DNA of 64,000 bases from an uncultured delta proteobacterium (GTDB taxonomy: Bacteria > Myxococcota > Kuafuiibacteriia > Kuafuiibacteriales > Kuafuiibacteriaceae). This document shows, piece by piece, positions 33,584 to 43,299 of the stretch. The notes under the pieces were generated by a model that was not told the DNA's origin, did no database searches, and saw only the letters and a list, made by a program, of their open reading frames with translations. Made by a program: the position numbers and the translations under genes. Within the stretch, counting starts at the first letter, position 1, and each line of letters begins with the position of its first letter. The DNA is taken from the NCBI GenBank assembly GCA_963803435.1, contig CAWDML010000008.1:704001-768000 (forward strand), in the 5' to 3' direction.

Positions 33584-33915
33584 ATGAAGGGCGATGACAT
33601 CGCAGAACGACTGCTCAAGTTTGCGAAGCGTGTACTTCTGCTTTGCCGCGAGTTCCCAAACGACTTTGCCGGCAAGCACGTTGTCCGACAGCTGATCCGG
33701 TGTTCATCCGGAGGTGGTGCGAATGACGAGGCAGCGCGTGGCGGCGAGAGCCTTGCCGACTTCATCCACAAGATGGCGGTCGCTCGCAAGGATGGTTGCG
33801 TCTTGCCGATCCGGAGCTGATGCAGGGGGCGGAGATCGCTTCGCTGATCCGAGAGGCCAACGAACTCTCTGCGATTCTGACGAGCTCCATCAAGACGGCG
33901 AAGGCTCGATCAGGG
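33584..33915 (+). pseudogene. Four-helix-bundle protein (23S rRNA IVP-like), internally deleted
   Basis: ERLLKFA...RQLIRCSSGGGAN.EAARG.ES.ADFIHKM; second frame LIREANELSAILTSSIKTAK. Confidence 0.75.
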
Positions 33916-33918
33916 AAG

Positions 33919-34229
33919 TCATCGAGCTTGCTGGAACGCGATGATCGCGCACGCAAGATGAACCAGCCCGAGATACCGCGATCCCGTTCGTTCCACCGCA
34001 CGAGTCATGCGCGGAACTGGTTGTGCCAAGCGTTCGTGCTCGACAACCCAGCGCCGCGGCCTACCGCGGACACAGCCAGCGAGTGCAGGCTCGCCGCGGC
34101 GGCGGATAGGCGGTTTGATCCGGCGCGCTCGAATGGCGGCCTCGACATCCGCGTAGTCGTACGCTTCGGGAGTCACGGCTCAATGCGTTTCCACAGGGCG
34201 TCCGGAAGATTTGCGAATCTTGCCTGCAT
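33919..34229 (-). pseudogene. IS5-family transposase remnant
   Basis: N-terminal LPDALWKRIEP joined directly to AYDY...IRRRGE...RRWVVE...YLGLVHLACAII. Confidence 0.8.
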
Positions 34230-34440
34230 CGACTCTGCAGGACACTCGATCGAGCACGATGCAACAACGGCCGCTTTGAATAGCGAATGAGCAGAACGAG
34301 CGAAACAGGAAACGCGGAACGGTCCGGAGGTTTTCGGACCGGCTCTTATGTACCTCGCTCAGGCGCCCTCGCCCACGAACGAGCCGTGCGGCCGACCGCG
34401 GACTGTATGGAACCCTCCGGTGGCCTCCTGGCACGGAGAA

Positions 34441-34530
34441 CCGTGCGGCGATGAGCCACGATCGACCGCTTTCGAGGACCGTTGACCGTGTGACCTCGCG
34501 AGTCGTGGGGCTGCGATACTGTCCAAGCTT
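34441..34530 (+). repeat. Diverged copy of 18981-19070 (kinase leader and first codons)
   Basis: Ungapped alignment, 66/90 identical by manual count; encodes VGLRYCPS. Confidence 0.7.
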
Positions 34531-34611
34531 GCTCGACGTGGACCTCGACGGGCCCGAAGCACTCCTCCGGGATTCGGCACCGACAAATCCAAGAAAGTGA
34601 ATGGAACTGAA

Positions 34612-34812
34612 ATGAGTAACACCAAGAAGAACGGCAGCCCGAAGATCTTCCGCATCACGCTCGAGAGGCTCGGCGTGCTGTCTCCGTTCCAGGTCCACGG
34701 TCAGCCCGCGAGCGAGGTGCTCGAGCGCCCGTGGGGCGAGCGCTCCTTCTACGTCACCGACACTTGGGGCAACGAGCTTTGCTTCGTGCAGGAAGGCACG
34801 CTCTACACGTGA
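34612..34812 (+). pseudogene. VOC/glyoxalase family remnant
   Basis: KIFRITLE joined to RPWGERSFYVTDTWGNELCFV; central part missing. Confidence 0.6.
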
Positions 34813-34917
34813 AACGCGCGGACGCCGGAGGAAGAACCACGTCTCCGGCGACGCTGGACGCGGCGAAGAGCGCGGGCGGTGGGTCCTCTGGGTCGGTTTC
34901 CGGCTACAGTCGCGACC

Positions 34918-36450
34918 ATGCGTCTCGCCGAGGTCATCGGAGCGCTCTCGCTTGCTGCGGACCTATCGAGCGGCCTCGCGATGGAGAAGGGCCTCCGGAC
35001 GGTGCTCGTTTCCACGCGCATGGCCCGTCTCGTCGGTCTCGACGCCGAGCGCCTCGCCGACGTCTTCTGGGTGAGCTCGCTCCGTCTCGTTGGGTGCCTC
35101 GGCTTTGCCCACGAGGAGGCGGCGTTCGCCGCGGGGGACGACAACAGCATGCGCCGGACGCTCGCGTTCGCGGACTTCGATCAGCCCCTCGACGTGATCC
35201 GTCGAGTGTTCCGGGGTCTCGCGCCCGAGGCGCCGCCGCTCCTGCGCGTCGGCGGCATCTCCCGACTTGCTCTCGACCGGGACGCTCCGAGACGTCACGC
35301 CCAGTCCACGTGTGAGACCGCAATCTTCTTTGCCCGTTCGCTCGGCATGGCCGAAGGCGTCGCGGCGGCTCTCGACGCAACTCATGAACGATTTGATGGG
35401 AGAGGGCCACGCGCCGTCCCTGGGGCCGAGGTGCCGGCCACCGCCAGGCTGGTGGATGTCGCCGATGTGCTCGAGCTGTTCGCATGGACGGGCGGCCAGG
35501 AGCTCGCTCGACAGGTGCTCGCAGATCGACGCGGACGTTCGCTCGATCCAGGTTTCGTCGACGCGGCCCTCGCCAACCTCCCCCACCTGCTCGAAGGGCT
35601 GCGCCCTGGCTCGGTCTGGGATCAGTACCTCGCGGCCGAGCCCGCCCCTCTTCGCCTGTCAGGACACGACGTGGACCGCGGGTGCGTCGCCCTCGGTCGC
35701 TTCGGCGACGTGAAGAGCGTCTACACCCTCGCGCACAGCCGCCGCGTGTCGGCTCTTGCCGAGCAAGCAGGACATGCGGCCGGGCTCGACGACGAGAGCT
35801 GCACACTGCTTCGGCGCGCCGCCTGCGTTCACGACCTCGGGCGCGTGGCGGTCGCGAACGGGACCTGGGACAAGAAGGGCGCGCTCAACACGGTCGAGTG
35901 GCAGCGCGTACGGTCCCACAGCCATCACACGGAGGAGGTGCTCCGCAGCGCCGGCCTCGCCGACCTGGCCGACATCGCGGGCGCGACGCACGAACGGGGA
36001 CGAGGCGCCGGCTATCACAAGGGCCTACGCGTCGACGGGCTCCCGATTCTCGCCAAGGTTCTCGCCGCTGCCGACGTCATGGCCGCGCTCGGTGAAGATC
36101 GCCCGCACCGCCCTGCGCTCGATGATGCGCGTGCGGTGAAGGAGTTGAGGGCGATGGTCGAAGCGGGTGGCCTCGACGCGCGTGCGGTCCAGTCGGTCCT
36201 CGACGCCCGCGGGGTTGCTCGCGCAAGGAAGGATGCATGGCCGGGCGGCCTCTCGAACCGCGAGGTCGAGGTCGTGCGTCTCGTCGCCGTCGGCCGCACG
36301 AACAAGGAGATCGGGACGCTTCTCGGCATGTCCGCGCGGACCGCGCAGAAGCACGTGATGAACGTCTACGACAAGCTCGGACTGGAGAGCCGCGCGGGCG
36401 TCGCTCTCTACGCCCTCGAGCACGGGCTCCTCGACGATCCCGGCACCTGA
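34918..36450 (+). CDS. HD-domain protein with C-terminal LuxR HTH
   Basis: RLAEVIGALSLAADL, HERFDG, HDLGR, LSNREVEV...NKEIG. Confidence 0.9.
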   Translation: MRLAEVIGALSLAADLSSGLAMEKGLRTVLVSTRMARLVGLDAERLADVFWVSSLRLVGCLGFAHEEAAFAAGDDNSMRRTLAFADFDQPLDVIRRVFRGLAPEAPPLLRVGGISRLALDRDAPRRHAQSTCETAIFFARSLGMAEGVAAALDATHERFDGRGPRAVPGAEVPATARLVDVADVLELFAWTGGQELARQVLADRRGRSLDPGFVDAALANLPHLLEGLRPGSVWDQYLAAEPAPLRLSGHDVDRGCVALGRFGDVKSVYTLAHSRRVSALAEQAGHAAGLDDESCTLLRRAACVHDLGRVAVANGTWDKKGALNTVEWQRVRSHSHHTEEVLRSAGLADLADIAGATHERGRGAGYHKGLRVDGLPILAKVLAAADVMAALGEDRPHRPALDDARAVKELRAMVEAGGLDARAVQSVLDARGVARARKDAWPGGLSNREVEVVRLVAVGRTNKEIGTLLGMSARTAQKHVMNVYDKLGLESRAGVALYALEHGLLDDPGT

Positions 36451-36525
36451 ACGACCGTTCCTGCGCGAGGTGGCGCATCGCGCGGTGGCTCGCGGCTCGG
36501 CATGTTGCGGCCGAAGGAGATCGTC

Positions 36526-36807
36526 ATGCCAAAATACGTGATCGAGAGAAGCCTACCCGGTGCCGGAAAGCTGTCTGCGAAGGAGCTTCGAGACATCTCC
36601 ACCAAGTCGAACGGCGTGCTTCGCGAGCTGGGGCCCGAGATCCAGTGGATCCAGAGCTACGTGACCGGCGACAAGATCTACTGCGTCTACAACGCCAACA
36701 ACCAGGAGATCGTCCGGGAGCACGCGCGCCGCGGCGGCTTTCCAGCGGACTCCGTGAGCGAGGTCGCGGCGGTGATCGATCCCAGCACAGCGGACCGAGG
36801 AGCATAG
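36526..36807 (+). CDS. DUF4242 domain protein
   Basis: AAGGAG RBS; MPKYVIER, IQWIQSYV, KIYCVY, HARRGGFPAD. Confidence 0.88.
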   Translation: MPKYVIERSLPGAGKLSAKELRDISTKSNGVLRELGPEIQWIQSYVTGDKIYCVYNANNQEIVREHARRGGFPADSVSEVAAVIDPSTADRGA

Positions 36808-36947
36808 GCCGTGCTCCGTCTCGCGACAGTGTGCAGGCCCGTGTCAGCTGTTCCGCATGCTCGGGGACGAGCCGGATTCGGCGCGCGTCCTCAACTACGG
36901 AGACTGAACAGCGCGGCCCCTCCGAAGCGGATCCGGCTTCTCCATCA

Positions 36948-37481
36948 TCACTTCTTCCCGAACTGTGAGAAGCCCATCCCCGCGACCAGCGGGTGTCCCA
37001 GCTCGGCGGCTCGACTGGGGATCATCGAGTTGTTGCGCACACCATCCCAGCGGTCGCGCACCGAGAGGCCGCCGCGACCGTTCTCCTCCACGGTGATCGA
37101 TCCCCGTCCCTCGAAGCCGCCCTTGTACCGGACGTCGAGTCGGGTGCGATGCCGACCGCCGGCGAGTGTCTCATCGCGACGCTGCGTCACTTCGATCCCG
37201 ATCTGCGGCGCGCCGGGGAAGGGGCGGCCGTACGTGGTGTTGCCCGCGCACCGGGTGTCGTGCGCCATCGGCGAGATGCGCGTCGGGTCGCGCGAGAAAT
37301 CGTCGGCCCACGCGCTCGCCGAGCTGCCGGATACGTAGTGCGTGGTGTCGATGTTCACGCGGGGCTTCCCCGCCTGAAGTGGATCAGGTGTGTGTCGAGT
37401 GGCACCACAGTCGATCGTTTCGGCAACAAGATGGTGACTGCCCCGATAACCCTTCCCGGCGGGGGGCATGAGCAAGACCAA
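36948..37481 (-). CDS. Hypothetical protein (true start probably further downstream)
   Basis: Coding-like composition in the C-terminal ~135 aa. Confidence 0.45.
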   Translation of the reverse strand: MVLLMPPAGKGYRGSHHLVAETIDCGATRHTPDPLQAGKPRVNIDTTHYVSGSSASAWADDFSRDPTRISPMAHDTRCAGNTTYGRPFPGAPQIGIEVTQRRDETLAGGRHRTRLDVRYKGGFEGRGSITVEENGRGGLSVRDRWDGVRNNSMIPSRAAELGHPLVAGMGFSQFGKK

Positions 37482-38598
37482 CTTCAGCTCCGTCTTTCGC
37501 TACGTTGAGACGCTGGCCACCATCCGCGCCCGTAACGTCGACGCGCTGCGTGCCTCCACCCGGAAGATCTCGAAGGGCGAGCGCGAGAAGGTCGACGCCC
37601 TCGTCCACGAGCGCTTCGGCGACTTCACCGACAAGGCGACCCAGCGGGTGGCGAGCCGCTTCCTCACCGCGCTGCCCGGCGCTGCTCGTCTGTCGCTCGA
37701 GACCAGCAAGAAGCTCGCGGTTCCCGAGGCGAGCGGGGTCGCGCCGCTCAGCAACGGCCGGGCGCTCTGCGTCGGCGACGACCAGGGCATCTTCTTTGTC
37801 GGCGCCGACGGCCAGGTGAACGTGCTCGTCTCCGCGACGGACGAGAAGCACCCCAGCTACGCGCCTGAGCTGCGCGGTCTCGAAGGGATCGCGCTCGACG
37901 CGGAGCGCACCAAGGCGTTCGTGGTCTCGGAGGACACACGCACCGTCTTCAGGCTCTCCATGCAGGACGACGGGAGGGACGTGAAGCTCGGCAGGCCGGT
38001 CGTCCTGGGGCGCCTCCCGAAGCTCAGCGGCGGCACCGTCAACGGCTGGGAGGGGATCGACGTGATGCCGGGCCGGTTCCTCAACATGCGTGAGGATCTC
38101 CTGGTCGGCGCGCACGAGGCCGATCCCACGCGGCTCGTCTTCGCGAGGATTCCGGGAGAGGGGAGCGCGGACGAGGAGCTCGAGGTGGTGCGGTCCTTCA
38201 AGATCCCGCGCGAAGCTCGCGAGCACCTCCTGGACATCGGAGACGTCGCGATCGATCCCACGAACGGCCACATCTTCCTCGTCAGCGATCGCTGCAAGAA
38301 GATCGTCGAGCTCGAGCTGTGCACCCGATCGCAAGGCGTGCGCGGCGGTCTGCTCGAACATGCCACCCTTCGCCTGGTCGCGGTCACCGCGATCCCCGAC
38401 GGCGAGGGGACCAAGCCGGAGGGGCTCGGCTTCAGTCCGGACGCCAGAGAGGCCGTCCTGGTCGCCGAGCACACGAAGAAGAGGTCGCACCTGTGGCGGT
38501 TCGAGGTGAACCGCGAGGCCGAGCGACCCGCACCGAACACAACCGCCCGAGGAAGGGACCGAGCGCAGATGGCTCGCGAAGAGCGCCGAGCAGGCTAG
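37468..38598 (+). CDS. Beta-propeller protein (SdiA-regulated/YjiK-like)
   Basis: Repeated EASGV, LEGIA, WEGI, PEGLGF blades. Confidence 0.7.
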   Translation: MSKTNFSSVFRYVETLATIRARNVDALRASTRKISKGEREKVDALVHERFGDFTDKATQRVASRFLTALPGAARLSLETSKKLAVPEASGVAPLSNGRALCVGDDQGIFFVGADGQVNVLVSATDEKHPSYAPELRGLEGIALDAERTKAFVVSEDTRTVFRLSMQDDGRDVKLGRPVVLGRLPKLSGGTVNGWEGIDVMPGRFLNMREDLLVGAHEADPTRLVFARIPGEGSADEELEVVRSFKIPREAREHLLDIGDVAIDPTNGHIFLVSDRCKKIVELELCTRSQGVRGGLLEHATLRLVAVTAIPDGEGTKPEGLGFSPDAREAVLVAEHTKKRSHLWRFEVNREAERPAPNTTARGRDRAQMAREERRAG

Positions 38599-38610
38599 CT
38601 GGAGACGGCA

Positions 38611-40617
38611 ATGACAATGAACAAAGCCAACGTATCGAGTCGTGACGTTCAGGGGACCCGCGGGAACTACGCACCCGTCATCGACGGCCGGCGCGGTGAT
38701 CGCCTCGGCAGCTTCATCCCGCGCGAGATGGCGAGTCGGTTCGTCGAGAGCGCCAACAAGGTGCAGCTACAGAAGCGCGACGGAACGACCGTCGTCCTCG
38801 CCACCGCCGACGATTGGGCGAACTTCGTCAGCACCTATCTCAAGGCGCCCTCGTCGCGGCTCTCCGACCTGAAGTTCATGGCGGAGGATCCGAAGGGCCT
38901 CCAGGCGCAGTTCGATCTCACCTACGAGAACCTCTGCAAGTCGCTGGACGACGCCGGTTCGCAGATCAAGTTCGGCGACAACCCGAACGGCATCACGAAC
39001 GCGACGATCGAGATCCTCCCCGGCGGGGAGTGGGACAAGGTCGCCCACATCTACGGCAACGCCGTCTACGGGATGGACCTCGACGAGACGAAGAGCGTCC
39101 CGCTGAACGCGGCAGGCACCGTCAAGGTCGATCTCGTCCCCGCCCCGAAGATCGGGCCGTCGATCCTCAACGCGACCGCGTCCCTCACCCGCGACCGCCT
39201 CGAGCGGGAGTCGCGCATCGCCGTCATCGTCGAGAGCAAGGAGGACGCGAAGAAGTTCCGCGAGGTCTCCTCGAGTAACGCCTACTTTCAGCCGCTCGAC
39301 GTGACGAAGCTGGGACCGTACCAGGAGCGCGCCGGCGTCGAACACATCTGGCAGGACGACAAGGCGGTCGCGTGCTTCGAGCGCTTCCCGTATCCGATGC
39401 ACCTCGAGGTGAACGGCCAGGACGAGACCGGCTATCAGGCGAACAAGTCGCCGTTCATCGAGGGTATGGTCGATACGCCCGACCTCAAGCTCGCCCGCAA
39501 CGATCTCGAGATCCGCTACCGCTGGCGCCCGGAGCAGGCCGCTCGGACGAACCTCCAGGGCAAACAGGCGCAGGGCCGAGACCCACAGACCGGCCTGACG
39601 GAGCAGAAGAAGTTCGAGCACCGCGATCCGCGCGGCACGACCGGGACCGGCCCCGACGGCGAGGCGCTGCACCTGGATCTGCTGGAGCAGGTCGCGATCA
39701 CCGGGATGATGGGGCCGGCCGGCCAGCAGGAGATGAGCGCGGTCCACCGCGAGGTCTACCAGGCGCTGCTGGATTTGGGAGCCATCCAGCCGGGCGAGTC
39801 GATCACGCTCGACTCGAAGGTGGTCGACTATCAGGATCGCCGGCGCATGCACCTGATCTTCTACAGCCAGCGTGAGATGGAGACGCTCCAGACCACGCTG
39901 CAGCAGAACCTCGATCAGTTCGACCAGCTCACCCAGGGGGCGAGCGCCGACGACAAGACCCGCTGGAGGTCGAACCTCGAGCGGATGTCGAAGCAGGTCG
40001 GCGTCTACGTCGACAAGATCAAGAAGCGCGACGAGCTCGTGCGGAAGTACGGCGGCTCGGTGAACACGAGCTTCGACGGTCTGATCATCTCACGCGACGA
40101 GAAGGTCGGGTTCGAAGCCGGAGCCTTCGGCAAGGGATCGGGCATCTGGCCCGGCGATCGGAAGGGCACTCCGGCGACCTACGTGGCGTCGGCCGGGGGC
40201 GACTTCGTGGCGAAGCCGGTCGAAGGTGCGGACCGGATCGATGACCTCGGGACCATCTATGTCGCCGAGTCGGAGCTCGACTCGAACGTCTCCGATCCGG
40301 TGAAGCGGGCGTACGACGCCTGCCAGGCCACGGCGACGGGCCAGCCGGTCGAGGGCGAGAACCCACGACCAGGGATCACGCAGGATGAGGCGAAGGCGGA
40401 CCTGGACGCCATGAAGCAGATCTACGAGGAGGTCGGGCTGGCGGCGGATTCCGCGATGAAGCTGCAGGGGGAGGCCTATGAGGCGGTGGGTCTGAAGATC
40501 GACCCGAACGCCCCCGACCAGACGTACTCCCACTTCGCCAAGGCGCTCGAGGCGCAGGGCAACCGGTCCTGGTTCAACGTCGTCTCCATTCGCAACGCGA
40601 ACGTGCCGCGGACCTGA
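38611..40617 (+). CDS. Large hypothetical protein with a divergent CYTH-like domain
   Basis: ERESRI, DTPDLKLARNDLEIRYR, QGK, DRRR, ISRDE, AESELD in CYTH order. Confidence 0.55.
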   Translation: MTMNKANVSSRDVQGTRGNYAPVIDGRRGDRLGSFIPREMASRFVESANKVQLQKRDGTTVVLATADDWANFVSTYLKAPSSRLSDLKFMAEDPKGLQAQFDLTYENLCKSLDDAGSQIKFGDNPNGITNATIEILPGGEWDKVAHIYGNAVYGMDLDETKSVPLNAAGTVKVDLVPAPKIGPSILNATASLTRDRLERESRIAVIVESKEDAKKFREVSSSNAYFQPLDVTKLGPYQERAGVEHIWQDDKAVACFERFPYPMHLEVNGQDETGYQANKSPFIEGMVDTPDLKLARNDLEIRYRWRPEQAARTNLQGKQAQGRDPQTGLTEQKKFEHRDPRGTTGTGPDGEALHLDLLEQVAITGMMGPAGQQEMSAVHREVYQALLDLGAIQPGESITLDSKVVDYQDRRRMHLIFYSQREMETLQTTLQQNLDQFDQLTQGASADDKTRWRSNLERMSKQVGVYVDKIKKRDELVRKYGGSVNTSFDGLIISRDEKVGFEAGAFGKGSGIWPGDRKGTPATYVASAGGDFVAKPVEGADRIDDLGTIYVAESELDSNVSDPVKRAYDACQATATGQPVEGENPRPGITQDEAKADLDAMKQIYEEVGLAADSAMKLQGEAYEAVGLKIDPNAPDQTYSHFAKALEAQGNRSWFNVVSIRNANVPRT

Positions 40618-40672
40618 GCCGGCTCAGCCTTCGGCTGCTCATCCCTCCAGGCGCGTCGGGCAAGAGTCGAGG

Positions 40673-42343
40673 TCACCACTCTCGTCGATAGCACGCCTCG
40701 TCCACCTCGGCGGCCTCATCGCCGGTGGGGGGTGGTGCTCTGCGCCGGTGGGCGAGCGTTTCGCGCGGCTCGATGCGTATCGAGCCGTCCTCCGGTCCGA
40801 GCAGAGCGTTCGGCTCTACACCGAGGACCGAGGAGGCCGCCAAGAGGCCGGACATCGCGGCGCCCCCGACCCCATGGCTGATCGTGCTCGCGCCGCACAA
40901 CGAGAGCCGCTCGATCGGGCTCGTGATGGCGAAGGAGAACGGGCCCACCTGCCGCCGTCGCTTCGCAGTACCGTAGACCGCACCCCGGCGGGTGGCGCAG
41001 TAGTGATCGTTGGTGAGCGGCGTGCCGAGCTCAGCGAACACCAAGCGCCGGCGAAGATCGGGGATGACGTGCTCGGCCGCGACGAGCATCCGGTCGATCA
41101 GCGTGCGCTTGAGAGCCTGGTACTCGGCGCTGCGGCGACCGCACGGTTCGTCTCTCCACTTGGCGAAACAGTCGTGCGGTACGAACGTGAACATCTCGAG
41201 CGTGTGGTGGCCGTTGCTGGGAAGGCCGGGATCCTTGAGCGTGGGGATGGAGACGAAGATCCCGTCGACCTCGTCCTCGGGCCGCCACTGCTTCATCCCT
41301 CGATAGAGACCTTCGATGTCTGCGCTGCGCGACCACCAGTAGTTGCCGGAGTCGTAGCCCAGGGCGGGAAGATCCATGTCGACCGCCGCCAGCAAGCTGA
41401 GCGAGCTCACCGACATCTCGAACTTCTCCGCGCGCCGTTGCTCTCTCGGCGCTGCGCCGCCGGGCAGGAGGTCGAGATAGGTGATCGTCGCGTCGGCGTT
41501 CGAGATCACACAATCGGATCTGATCTGCTCGCCGCTCACCAGCTCGACGCCGGCGGCACGCTCTCCTTCGAGCAGGATCCGCGCGACGCACGTCCGTAAC
41601 CTGATCTTGCCACCGTACCTCCGCAGCGCTCGAACGTAGGAGCTGGAGATCGCCTTGGCGCCGCCCTTCGGATAGTACGCGCCGTCGAAATAGTAGTGAT
41701 CCATCGCCGCGTGCAGCGGGAGCGAGACCTGAGACGGCGGCAGGCCATGATTGCCGCAGCGAGTGGAGAGGATGGCGCGCAGAAGTGGGTTCGAGACCGT
41801 CGCGTCGAGCAGCGCTTCCAGCGTCGAGAAGCCCCAGCGGGTGAGAACCGGCGCCCGAAGAGGGAGGGCGAGGACCTCCGGGAAGGACAGGAGCGTTTGG
41901 CTGCGATCGACGTCCGCGGCCAGCTGTCGGACGATCTCGAAGTAGCGATCGATTCCCTGCCGTTCGTGGGGAAAGCTCGCCTTCAGTCGCTCCGTGTAGC
42001 GATCGACCCCCTTCGGAATGTCGAAGCGCTCGTCTCCCACCATGACATGGTCGATGGCGTCGGGGTTCAGCTCGTAGAACGATAGGCGCTCCCCCATCCC
42101 GAGGCCCTCGAAGAGGCGACGCAGGCACTGACCCGGAAGAAGACCGGCCAGATAATGAACGCCGGGGCTGAAGCGATAGCCCTGAAGCGAAAAGCTCTGG
42201 GTCCAACCGCCGGGAAGATAGTGCTGCTCGAGGACCAACACCGTCCGCCCGCTCCGCGCGAGCGCAACGGCGGCCGTCAGACCACCCGGACCGGATCCGA
42301 TGACGACGACGTCGTACTTCTTCACGGCAGCTCGAAGGCGCAC
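40673..42343 (-). CDS. Phytoene desaturase family FAD-dependent oxidoreductase
   Basis: GSGPGG, EQHYLPGGW, YPKGG, ISNAD, GTPLT, GAVYG. Confidence 0.9.
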   Translation of the reverse strand: MRLRAAVKKYDVVVIGSGPGGLTAAVALARSGRTVLVLEQHYLPGGWTQSFSLQGYRFSPGVHYLAGLLPGQCLRRLFEGLGMGERLSFYELNPDAIDHVMVGDERFDIPKGVDRYTERLKASFPHERQGIDRYFEIVRQLAADVDRSQTLLSFPEVLALPLRAPVLTRWGFSTLEALLDATVSNPLLRAILSTRCGNHGLPPSQVSLPLHAAMDHYYFDGAYYPKGGAKAISSSYVRALRRYGGKIRLRTCVARILLEGERAAGVELVSGEQIRSDCVISNADATITYLDLLPGGAAPREQRRAEKFEMSVSSLSLLAAVDMDLPALGYDSGNYWWSRSADIEGLYRGMKQWRPEDEVDGIFVSIPTLKDPGLPSNGHHTLEMFTFVPHDCFAKWRDEPCGRRSAEYQALKRTLIDRMLVAAEHVIPDLRRRLVFAELGTPLTNDHYCATRRGAVYGTAKRRRQVGPFSFAITSPIERLSLCGASTISHGVGGAAMSGLLAASSVLGVEPNALLGPEDGSIRIEPRETLAHRRRAPPPTGDEAAEVDEACYRREW

Positions 42344-43045
42344 GACTCGTGCCGCGCCTCGACGCTCCCAACGGCTGGGCGCGGTCGTTCGATGTCACGC
42401 ACCACCGCGTCCCAGATGGGGCCAGGAGACACGCGATCCGGGTCGGTGGCTCGGTCTCCCGGCGGCCCGCGTCGCCGGTGATCACTCCACTGCGTACGCG
42501 GGCGTGACGCCGACGCCCGCGCCCTCTGTACCCACGAAGAAGCGGATGTCGAGGCCGGTCACGTCCGAGTTCGCCGACGACCACATCGCGCTCGGCGTGG
42601 TGTTGGGCGTCGCCATCAGCTCGGCCGAGAGGCTGGCAGCGGCCACCCCGCTGTAGGTCACCGTCCAGGTACCGAGCGGGGGAAGGCCGCGCACCTGGAG
42701 GAGCGCGAGCGCGTCGGGATCGACCTGGCAGAGCGGCTGCTCGACGAACTGCTCCAACAGCGTCGGATCGTCGAGGTTCGCGTCGAAGTGCGAGGGGGAT
42801 GAGCAGAGCGAGTGTCTCGAGCTTCACGCCGGCGCACCCACGCAGATCTCGGGCCACCGCCGAACGCTCCCGGGAGGCGGACGGGCGCCTGTCCACGGAC
42901 TGTCCGGGGACGGTCCGCAACCCGGTCGACCGACGCCGTCTTCGAGCGCGACCCGCGGGTACGATCACCCGAGCGCGACTTCGGCGGACGATGCATCCTC
43001 ACCTCGCGCCGGCGCCGACGCCTCGATCCCGCAGACGCGCACGTG

Positions 43046-43237
43046 CTACCGGCCGAGCAGACCTCGAAGCCAGGACCACCCTCCGGGTGGCGTCTCCCCC
43101 TCGGAGCGCTCCGGCGCCTCCTCCTTACAGCGGCAGCGCGCCTCGCGCGGTACGTCGGCGAGCACCTGCTCCACGTGCGCGCCGCAGCCCGCATAGGTCG
43201 GTCGTCCACACTTCGAACATCGAACTCGGCGGCACAT
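43046..43237 (-). CDS. Small Cys-rich protein
   Basis: GAGGAG RBS; MCRRVRCSKCGRPTYAGCGAHVEQVL...RCRC. Confidence 0.75.
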   Translation of the reverse strand: MCRRVRCSKCGRPTYAGCGAHVEQVLADVPREARCRCKEEAPERSEGETPPGGWSWLRGLLGR

Positions 43238-43270
43238 CAAACGGCTCCTCTACGTCGAGTGCATTCTGTC

Positions 43271-43299
43271 GTGGGAGCCAAGAGCGCCGGCAAGGGTTC
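43271..43299 (-). promoter_or_regulatory. Candidate ECF promoter GAACCC-N14-GGCTC-CCAC
   Basis: Same motif and spacing as 44173-44201. Confidence 0.6.

Larger units (their letters stand above)
33511..34346. mobile_element. Non-autonomous IS5-derived element with a passenger gene
   Basis: Imperfect ~65-bp terminal inverted repeats (33511-33574 and 34278-34346; first 11 bp AGAGCCGGTCC perfect) enclosing transposase remnants. Confidence 0.75.

Noticed and set aside
33513-33597. C-terminal hydrophobic extension of the SDR in the ORF track
   Set aside because: Product of the homopolymer frameshift reading into the element's inverted repeat
34173-34175. TGA after LWKRIEP as a second selenocysteine or programmed recoding site
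   Set aside because: It marks a deletion junction in a decayed transposase; no Cys-equivalent position
42482-42970. Minus-strand ORF fragment between the desaturase and the Cys-rich gene
   Set aside because: No credible start and frameshifted; product cannot be supported
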